Shown here piece after piece: positions 50,991 to 58,731 of a stretch of DNA of 64,000 nt. The stretch is from an uncultured Ignavibacteria bacterium. GTDB taxonomy: Bacteria > Zixibacteria > MSB-5A5 > UM-FILTER-46-8. Every line of letters starts with the position of its first letter. Positions within the stretch are counted from its first letter, which is position 1. The notes under the pieces were generated by a model, which was not told the DNA's origin, did not search any database, and saw only the letters and a program-made list of their open reading frames with translations. The stretch lies in assembly GCA_964563085.1 (NCBI GenBank), contig CAZLVS010000009.1, positions 14,400-78,399 on the forward strand, given 5' to 3'. Both the position numbers and the translations under genes were made by a program.

Positions 50991-51544
50991 GAGGGTTTAT
51001 TCCCCTGACACGGATTCTTCATCCCGCGGAATGCGGGATGAAGACGGCGCGTGTTATGTCATTGTGGTCGGTGAACGCCCCCGTCCGCCGACTGCATGGC
51101 ATGCTCAAATTTATTTGGGCATGTTTTGATTATATATGGTTACACATTGCTAGGGCTTCGCCTTGACCATGCCACCCTCCCGCATTTCATCCGTAGGTCG
51201 GGTTCCGAGCGAACGAAGTGATTGAGAAACCCGACACGCTTGCTGCACTGGTCATTGCGAGCGAAGCGAAGCAATCCGGCTCCATGTTTGTGCGTGACGG
51301 ACATCCCCGTTTGACGCCTTCGGTCAGACGGGGGCGTCTGCCCGCACCTGAATGTGCCTTCCCCCGATTTCATCAGGGTCACCCGCATATAATATTCGGA
51401 GCAGGTCGGGTTCCGAGCGAACGAAGTGATGGAGAAGCCCGGCACCAGTAAGCGCTCACGAGATTGTTTCAAAATCCAAATTTAAGGCATTGCTTGAGTA
51501 CAGGAGATTGCCGCGCCCTCGGAAAACCTCGGCCTCGCAATGAC
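50991..51544. repeat. Large mosaic REP cassette between leuC and leuD (copy 2)
   Basis: Contains modules shared with 6480-6770, 7371-7545, 13608-14054, 18018-18314 and 25790-26020. Confidence 0.87.
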
Positions 51545-51546
51545 CC

Positions 51547-52800
51547 TTATAAATACTCCCTCGGATCGGTGATCTCGCCTTTGAGAGCCGATGCCGCAAC
51601 CGATGCCGGTGATGCCAGATATATCTCAGCTTCCCGGCTGCCCATTCTGCCTTTGAAATTCCGATTAGCGGTTGAAATGACCACCTCATCCGGCGCGGGC
51701 ACACCCTGATGAGCGCCCAGACATGGTCCGCATCCGGAGTTGGTTATTATTCCCCCGGCTTCCATTATAGTCTGAGCGTACCCTGCTTTCATAGCGTCCA
51801 TATAGACTTTCCTGGATGCGGGTATGCAGATCATGCGGCAATCGGGATGTATTTTCCGTCCTTTCAAGATGGACGCAACCACCTGCCAATCCGACAGCCG
51901 CGAACCGTTACAAGTTCCCAAAAACGCCTGCTGAACTTTGGCGCCTACAACTTCACTTATCGGTTTGACGTTGTCAACCGTATGGGGACATGCAACTTGG
52001 GGTTCAAGCTCGGTTAGATCTATCTCGATATCTTTAGCATACTCGGCGTCGCTGTCAGGAAATACCGGCTGATAAGTCTGATTGCCCCGCAATGCCAGAT
52101 ACGAGAACGTTTTCTCATCAGGTTTCATATAACCGTTTTTAGCGCCCATCTCCACCGCAAGATTGGTAAACACCACACGATAATCCATAGAGAGTGAATC
52201 AAGATAAGGTCCTGAAAACTCTATCGAACGATAGATCCCCCCGTCAGCGCCAATCCTGCCTACTACGTGAAGCGCAACGTCTTTGGCAAATATTCCCTTG
52301 GGCGGCATTCCCAAAAGCAGCGCCCGCATCGATTCCGGGACACGGAACCATATCTTGCCCGTAGCCATTATCACAGCCATCTCCGAACGGCCGATTCCGG
52401 TGGCAAAGGCTCCGAAAGCCCCGTGATGGGTGGTATGCGAATCGCTGCCAACCACAACCATACCGGGCAGAACCATTCCCTCCTCAACCATCACCTGGTG
52501 GCAGATTCCGGCATTAACATCATAAAACTTTGTTATTCCCTGGTTTTTAGCAAATATCCTCACCGTCTTATGATTTTGCGCAAACTTCTCGTTGGCGGCA
52601 GGGGTGCAGTGATCCAGTATTATGACATGCAGATTCGGATCATAAACCTTGTCGACACCAATATCGTAAAAAGTTTTCGATATCGCGGCGGTGTTATCGT
52701 GCGACATGGCGAGGTCAGGCGTAATTTCTACGATCTCACCCGGCGCCACATCCTTGCCGACCCTCTTTGATAATATTTTCTCAGCAAAAGTAAGTCCCAT
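51547..52800 (-). CDS. leuC: 3-isopropylmalate dehydratase/homoaconitase large subunit (copy 2)
   Basis: SHDN, LDH, GICHQ, GSDSHT, LGTCNGSR, SGCGPC, TANRNFKGRMG; ends DPREYL without a tail. Confidence 0.92.
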   Translation of the reverse strand: MGLTFAEKILSKRVGKDVAPGEIVEITPDLAMSHDNTAAISKTFYDIGVDKVYDPNLHVIILDHCTPAANEKFAQNHKTVRIFAKNQGITKFYDVNAGICHQVMVEEGMVLPGMVVVGSDSHTTHHGAFGAFATGIGRSEMAVIMATGKIWFRVPESMRALLLGMPPKGIFAKDVALHVVGRIGADGGIYRSIEFSGPYLDSLSMDYRVVFTNLAVEMGAKNGYMKPDEKTFSYLALRGNQTYQPVFPDSDAEYAKDIEIDLTELEPQVACPHTVDNVKPISEVVGAKVQQAFLGTCNGSRLSDWQVVASILKGRKIHPDCRMICIPASRKVYMDAMKAGYAQTIMEAGGIITNSGCGPCLGAHQGVPAPDEVVISTANRNFKGRMGSREAEIYLASPASVAASALKGEITDPREYL

Positions 52801-53175
52801 GTTCGCCTCTATTTTTGTTTCAAATTTGTCAAGTAATCAAAATAAAGAAATCGTGTTAAGTGTCAACTATTAAAATTGAAACAATGACAGGAATCAAATT
52901 TCAATGCTATTTGCGATTAATGTTTAGCAATACTGTATATTATCTCAGAATCTTTGTAAAATTTGTTGACATGGACCAGTATGGAAATTAAACTACAAAA
53001 ATCAAAATAATTCAGGAAGTGATAACCCTAACTATGGGAGCTGGAATAGTCTTTGAATAGAAGTTACCTACGGTGATTAAATTCGCAGTGCGGTAACATT
53101 TCAGGCTTCCTGCTAAATGAGGGATAAAAATAGCGCCTGGCAAAGGGAAACTATTTCATTTCTGTGGAGGTAAAC

Positions 53176-53544
53176 ATGTATTCAAAAATAACCAGAATGA
53201 TACCGGGTATTTTAATCTGTGCGTTGTTTATTCACGGCGCGGCAGCTTTCGCCTGGGTAGGCGTGAAGGGAAAGGTAATCTATGCAAATTGCCAGTATAC
53301 GCCCCGTGATATGGTATCATTGTATTCCGGCGATAAGAAAACCTTAATCGCCTCAGGTCTTGTAGGTGGTTCTCTACCTCATACATACAATTTAATGTGC
53401 AGCCGGGACGGCGGCTGGTACTGGATTGAGTTCCGATCTCACGGTCGCGGAAGGGCAATATGGACGCATGTGTATTTGGATAATAATACTTTCGCCACCC
53501 AAAATATACATGTTGCGCACCATAATAAATCCGGAAAGAGATAA
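53176..53544 (+). CDS. Small secreted protein of unknown function
   Basis: GGAGGT RBS; signal peptide ending AAAFA; 122 aa. Confidence 0.65.
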   Translation: MYSKITRMIPGILICALFIHGAAAFAWVGVKGKVIYANCQYTPRDMVSLYSGDKKTLIASGLVGGSLPHTYNLMCSRDGGWYWIEFRSHGRGRAIWTHVYLDNNTFATQNIHVAHHNKSGKR

Positions 53545-53545
53545 T

Positions 53546-53610
53546 CCGGATAATTCATAAACAGCGTTAGTTGGTAGCCGAAGGCTTGTCCTTCGGGATT
53601 CATGAATAAT
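53546..53610. repeat. Short copy of MITE/PATE-like element
   Basis: CCGGATAATTCATA...GTAGCCGAAGGCTTGTCCTTCGGGA...ATGAATAAT. Confidence 0.72.
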
Positions 53611-53747
53611 CAAGGTTAGTAATGACGGGTATTAATCCGCCCTACTTCTCTGCCGTATATTGTGTTGCGAGGATTACAGTTCGGGGTCTTTAATTTCATT
53701 CCGCTTTTTGGTCAATCTGCTATCAGTTATGGTATTTAATGGATTAA

Positions 53748-55316
53748 CTATAACCGGGGGGCTTTTATGCAGCCGCCGAGCGCGGTCGCGGCTGCGACCT
53801 GATGATTGGCAAGGTAAACCCGATGAGGATAATCATCGGGGAATATGGTCAAAGCCGATGGATCGGTCACCATCACCCTCCCCATGTTACTATCTGTTTG
53901 AGGAAACACGAAATCTGTAAAATCGGGCGCCGGTGGTAAAAAGGAGCAGCCGGCGACCACCAATTTCCTGAATGTCCCTTCCTCTTCCAGTCGAAGCAGT
54001 ACATCCTTGGTTGCGGGACGGATCAGGACACGGATCCTGGGGGGGAGGTTTTGCTTTTTCAGGATATTGTCAACTTCCAAAATGTCATCATACATCCCTC
54101 CCGAATAATACCCGATTATTATAGTATCCACCCTCTCGTCTTCGTTGTCATTGAGCGATTCGATCGCTATTTTACCATCACGCTGAATTCCCAGCAAAGG
54201 ATCAATCTCCAAAACCGATTGGCTTATTGAATATGAATACACACAACCGACATCGGATTTCAAGGTATTAAATTTCATTACCGCCTTTTTTCTAAGCATT
54301 TTCGCTGTTTTTTTATCGCACTCCATGCAGACCGAAACGCAATCGAATAACCTGGCGAGGTAACATAGCACGAACCGTTTATCAAGAGGCAGGCTTTCAA
54401 CTGTATCGCCGCTTATTTCGATACTATGCGAACTGAAATCTTTCATTCTGGTTTTACCTTTGAGGAACAAAACGATATCGAGCGGCTGGATTCCTCTTAA
54501 CGGCGTATCCATCAGCACTATTCTGGATACATTGAACCTGGGAATTTTCACCTGGTCATTGCTGACGGAATCAATCAAACCGGTACCGTCCACGCGCAAT
54601 CCCAATGCCCCTACAGCCCCCGCGCTTATAACCGCCGGATCGCTGCCGAGTATCAGCTCGCCCGGTAGTATATAACCATTGTGTACCGCATCCAGTATCT
54701 GTCCGCCCTGCGAAGGATTGGATATATTCCACTTTTCACATAGCGAAGCCAGCTTTTCCTTATACTCTTCATTTATGGAATTGCCCGGATACAGCGCATA
54801 TATTTCGTTTGTATTTTTCTGTTTCGTGACCGATTTCGATTTGGAAAGCTCCAGAAAGCCGGAATCGAGATTGCTTATGAATATGCGATCCGGTTTTAAC
54901 GCCAACCGGTTTTCGCTTGAGTCATCGGCTGCCTTGTTCTGTAGAATCTTATCGATAATATTGCGACGCGTATCTTTCCCCATGAACTCCTTGATGCCGG
55001 GAAGCGGAAGCTGCATCTGTTCCAGTTTCAACCTCTCCGGTTTCTCGGCTATCCCATACTTCTTACGCCAATAACGGAATGCATTGCCGCTAATCCCCAG
55101 CGCCTCGCCGCCTAATTTATCATTACCGAAACGTTCCCACACCTCGGTGATTTGTGATTGGCTGTATTTCGGTTCGGAATAAGCGGGAATGCCCTTTTTA
55201 CGCCTCCAATAAGCGATAAGGTATGGTTCCACCCCTCCTAATACTTCCCCTATTTTCTTATCAGTCTTATATCGTCTCTGAAGTTCTAACAGCTCTTTTT
55301 TGGATGGCATCTTCAT
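53748..55316 (-). CDS. Tandem-HTH protein fused to a catalytically dead LeuC/aconitase large-subunit fold
   Basis: Two ~40-aa HTH-like repeats ending YWRRKKGI and YWRKKYGI; C-terminal part collinear with LeuC but DSHT>DPAV, GTC>GYY, GCGPC>APDF. Confidence 0.8.
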   Translation of the reverse strand: MKMPSKKELLELQRRYKTDKKIGEVLGGVEPYLIAYWRRKKGIPAYSEPKYSQSQITEVWERFGNDKLGGEALGISGNAFRYWRKKYGIAEKPERLKLEQMQLPLPGIKEFMGKDTRRNIIDKILQNKAADDSSENRLALKPDRIFISNLDSGFLELSKSKSVTKQKNTNEIYALYPGNSINEEYKEKLASLCEKWNISNPSQGGQILDAVHNGYILPGELILGSDPAVISAGAVGALGLRVDGTGLIDSVSNDQVKIPRFNVSRIVLMDTPLRGIQPLDIVLFLKGKTRMKDFSSHSIEISGDTVESLPLDKRFVLCYLARLFDCVSVCMECDKKTAKMLRKKAVMKFNTLKSDVGCVYSYSISQSVLEIDPLLGIQRDGKIAIESLNDNEDERVDTIIIGYYSGGMYDDILEVDNILKKQNLPPRIRVLIRPATKDVLLRLEEEGTFRKLVVAGCSFLPPAPDFTDFVFPQTDSNMGRVMVTDPSALTIFPDDYPHRVYLANHQVAAATALGGCIKAPRL

Positions 55317-55825
55317 CTGGAATTTGCCCTGTTTTTTTCCTTCTTGTAACGGTCAAACTCCGGCTTTAATCTTTCGTATATTATATTCAGGCCAACGGAT
55401 TGAAGCTTGGTTTTTCCCACAACCGGCAAAAAATTCGTATCTCCGTTGAAACGGGGTACTATATGATAATGAAGGTGATACTCTATACCGGCGCCCGCCA
55501 CCGCACCGATATTCATCCCGATATTTAATCCGTGAGGTTTAAACTTCTTTTTCAGCAGCTTTACCGACAGCACCACCAACTCTATCATCTCGGCATGTTC
55601 ATCCTCGGTCAGGCTTTCTATATGTTTCAAATGCCGATAAGGCACCACCAAAAGATGACCGGGATTATAAGGATAGAGATTAATTATAACAAATGAATAC
55701 TCTCCATTGTAGAGAATCAAATTCTGCTGCTGCTTTTTCTGCCTCCCCTTTTTACAAAATACGCAGTATTCTTCCTTCTTGCCAAGCACGAAATCACTGC
55801 GCCATTCTGCCCATAGGTCTTCCAT
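55313..55825 (-). CDS. HIT-family hydrolase (Ap4A phosphorylase/Rv2613c-like)
   Basis: LWAEWR, CVFC, NLYPYNPGHLLVVP, HLHYHIVPR. Confidence 0.9.
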   Translation of the reverse strand: MEDLWAEWRSDFVLGKKEEYCVFCKKGRQKKQQQNLILYNGEYSFVIINLYPYNPGHLLVVPYRHLKHIESLTEDEHAEMIELVVLSVKLLKKKFKPHGLNIGMNIGAVAGAGIEYHLHYHIVPRFNGDTNFLPVVGKTKLQSVGLNIIYERLKPEFDRYKKEKNRANSR

Positions 55826-55989
55826 ATCTTACCTCGGTTGCTATAATAATTATTCGCATTCGGATATGCAAATATAAATATTGCAATGTATAATCCCAAT
55901 ACCTGTACTTTTCTCACCAATTCTCTTGATTCCCGATTAACTTAACAGTATTTTTTCTTCAACCGAACTCGAAAATAAGGAATAATCTG

Positions 55990-56439
55990 ATGTTCAACAA
56001 AATATTGTTTGCCACCGATCTGTCTGATCGATCTCTCAAAGCCTTGCGTTATGCAGTCGACCTGGCAAAATCCTACGATGCCGAAATTACGATGCTGCAT
56101 GTTGTTTCCGAGTTTATGAACAAAGATGAGATGGTAATGCTGCGAGTGAGTCCACAGCATTTTCAGAAAGCCCAAAAGCAGATCGCTATTTCCGCCAAGG
56201 AGATAATGGAGGAAGAGCTTAAGCGAATCGGCGCAGCCCATGTCAAGCACAATTTGGTTTTGCGCGAAGGCAAACCATCGCGGGAGATTATCAATACCGC
56301 CAGGGAACTTGAGATGGACCTGGTGGTGATTACCACGCTTGGCAGAACCAGTATTGACGAGAAACTGGTGGGCTCAACCGCCGAACATATCGTCAGATAT
56401 TGCAAAACTCCGGTGTTGACCGTCCCCTGTAAAGAATGA
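55990..56439 (+). CDS. uspA: Universal stress protein
   Basis: KILFATDLS, GKPSREI, GR...LVGSTAEHIVR...PVLTV. Confidence 0.92.
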   Translation: MFNKILFATDLSDRSLKALRYAVDLAKSYDAEITMLHVVSEFMNKDEMVMLRVSPQHFQKAQKQIAISAKEIMEEELKRIGAAHVKHNLVLREGKPSREIINTARELEMDLVVITTLGRTSIDEKLVGSTAEHIVRYCKTPVLTVPCKE

Positions 56440-56446
56440 GCTCTAT

Positions 56447-56600
56447 CCCGGATAATTCATAAAACCGATTTATCCGCAGCCGAAGGCTTGTCCTTCGGGA
56501 GCTTAATAAAAGTAGATCGTTTACAGATTGAAATTGAGTATTTCAAAGAAACGCCGGAAGCGCAAGGCTTCCGCTGCCGATAACTAAATCTGTGAATAAT
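56447..56600. mobile_element. ~155-bp MITE/PATE-like element
   Basis: Ends GGATAATTCATA ... TGTGAATAAT (imperfect inverted repeats) enclosing two hairpins; reverse-oriented relative at 61191-61348. Confidence 0.6.
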
Positions 56601-56605
56601 ACAGG

Positions 56606-58549
56606 CTATTTGATCAGAATAAGTTTTTTCTGCGCGGAATATCCGCTCGTTTCCAAACGGTAGAAATACATACCTGATGCTGCTTCTTTACCGTCATTGT
56701 TTGTTCCATCCCATACAACTTGATTTGTTTTATCGAGATTAAATAGTCTGACCAGCTTACCGTTTAAATCGAATATACTCAGAGTAGCCCGTTTGTTTGC
56801 TGCAAATGGGATTATTGTGCGCCTGTTAAAGGGGTTCGGGTAATTCTGATAAAGGATAACTCTATCCGGTTTAATCGACTCCTCTTCGATGCCGGTCGGC
56901 GCTGCCTCCCTCGCCAGCGCTGTCAAATTGGGATTAAACGCGATTTGATCGGGATTAAACGGAATCTCAACTACCGATTCCTGGTTCCTCTCGTTAACGA
57001 AAATCCTCACGTTTTGTTCAGCATCATCGTGATAGACAGCAAAATCAAGGAACATCTCGTAATCGATCTCCTGCTGATGCTGAGTCGATGTTATAAGCAG
57101 TTCGAAACCTGCGTGACTGGCATAAACTTCATAATCGAAGCTGAACTTAGGATATCCGGCGGTATAAACCCATTGCTGGAAAAACTGGCTCAAATCCTGG
57201 CCGGTTTCCCTCTCCCATATCTCCTGAAAGTCATCGGTTGACGCGTTTCCATAGGCGAACTCCTCGGCATATAACCTCATAATCCGGAAGAACTCATCCT
57301 CTCCGAACCAGCTCTGAAGCATCCTCAGGACAAAAGCGCCCTTCCAGTAGCAGGCCGCGCCGAAAACATACGGAGGATCATAGATAGGGTAGGTGTAAAC
57401 GCTGTCGTTCTCGTAGAAGAACGCATTCATAATTCCGTTTAGTTTCTGCTGAAACATCTCCTCGCCATAGAAATCACCGAACCATAAGATACTGGAGAAA
57501 GTTGCGAATCCCTCATTCAGCCATATATTGCGAAAATCGGCTAAGGTGACATAATCTCCCCACCATTGATGCGCCAATTCATGCACAATTCCCCCTTCCA
57601 CACCTCGGTCGCCCCGCACCCAATCCCGGTGAATAGTGCTGATGGATTGATGCTCCATCCCGCCATACCGGAAGTTGGAAGCCTGCACCATACCGTATTT
57701 ATCGAAAGGATAATCGGCGAATTTTTCTATGAAGAAGCTGATCATGGAAGGAACATTAGCGAAATCATAAACAGAGTTAGCGGAGTCCTCGGGATATACA
57801 TAATAGTATAGGGGAATGGAATCGCCGTATCCATTGGAAGCGTAATCCATCCAGAGTATATATTCGCCAACCGTTATCGCCATCAGATAAGTAGCGATCG
57901 GATTCTCCTCTTTCCAATGGTATGTGACAGAATTCTGTTGGGGATTCTCATAAATACCTATAAGCATACCGTTGGAAACCGCTGTAAGAGTATCCGGTAT
58001 GGTTACTTGCGCTTCGAATTCAACCTTATCCCGGGGCTCATCGAAACATGGAATCCAGTAACGGGCATCGTACGGTTCGCTCATGGTGTATGCGCAGCTG
58101 TCGAAAAAGTAGAAACCGAGCTGATCCTCGCCTCCACTCTGACCGCTGTAATGAATGTCGAACCAAAACGTATCCCCCGGTTCGAAATATTGACCTATAT
58201 CCACAATTACCGTTGAATCGCCGATTTCGAAGTCAAGGTTTTCATCGACCATTTTGACCGAATCGATATCCAATTCACGACTATGCAGCTCAATTTGGGA
58301 TGTATTTTCCTCGACGACGCTGCCGGTCACCCGATTGAAGCCTGAAAAATTAGCCTCATCCGGATTAACCTCGAGATGCAATTCGTAGCTTATAGCATCG
58401 TATGAATGGGTTGAATCCGAAGCGGGCGAAGGGTAAAACAAACTTTGGCCGCTGCGTTTTAACTGCGGATAATCCGGAGTGTGCCCCTGCCCGATTACTG
58501 AAGTTGTCAGAAGGACAATTGGAAGGAGTATTTTAATCAATTGCTGCAT
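56606..58549 (-). CDS. Secreted M1-family aminopeptidase with CTD
   Basis: GGMEH, HELAHQWWG, WLNEGFA, YWKGA; PNPFN...ASGMYFYRL...KKLILIK. Confidence 0.92.
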   Translation of the reverse strand: MQQLIKILLPIVLLTTSVIGQGHTPDYPQLKRSGQSLFYPSPASDSTHSYDAISYELHLEVNPDEANFSGFNRVTGSVVEENTSQIELHSRELDIDSVKMVDENLDFEIGDSTVIVDIGQYFEPGDTFWFDIHYSGQSGGEDQLGFYFFDSCAYTMSEPYDARYWIPCFDEPRDKVEFEAQVTIPDTLTAVSNGMLIGIYENPQQNSVTYHWKEENPIATYLMAITVGEYILWMDYASNGYGDSIPLYYYVYPEDSANSVYDFANVPSMISFFIEKFADYPFDKYGMVQASNFRYGGMEHQSISTIHRDWVRGDRGVEGGIVHELAHQWWGDYVTLADFRNIWLNEGFATFSSILWFGDFYGEEMFQQKLNGIMNAFFYENDSVYTYPIYDPPYVFGAACYWKGAFVLRMLQSWFGEDEFFRIMRLYAEEFAYGNASTDDFQEIWERETGQDLSQFFQQWVYTAGYPKFSFDYEVYASHAGFELLITSTQHQQEIDYEMFLDFAVYHDDAEQNVRIFVNERNQESVVEIPFNPDQIAFNPNLTALAREAAPTGIEEESIKPDRVILYQNYPNPFNRRTIIPFAANKRATLSIFDLNGKLVRLFNLDKTNQVVWDGTNNDGKEAASGMYFYRLETSGYSAQKKLILIK

Positions 58550-58620
58550 AGTGTAATATAACAGGAAACTACGTTTATTACAAACAAATAAGCACTATAT
58601 AAGGTTCCGGCATGTCTCTT

Positions 58621-58690
58621 GTGTCGTTGGGCGCCCGACGGCACGAGGTTGCGGATTGCTTCGCTTTACTGGCAATGACAGGCAGCTGTC
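58621..58690. repeat. Degenerate REP cassette
   Basis: GGATTGCTTCGCTTTACTGGCAATGAC is a reverse-complement variant of the GTCATTGCGAG...GCAATCC unit. Confidence 0.7.
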
Positions 58691-58731
58691 AGGTGCGGCG
58701 ATGTGACGGCACTATTGAATGCATCATTGAA

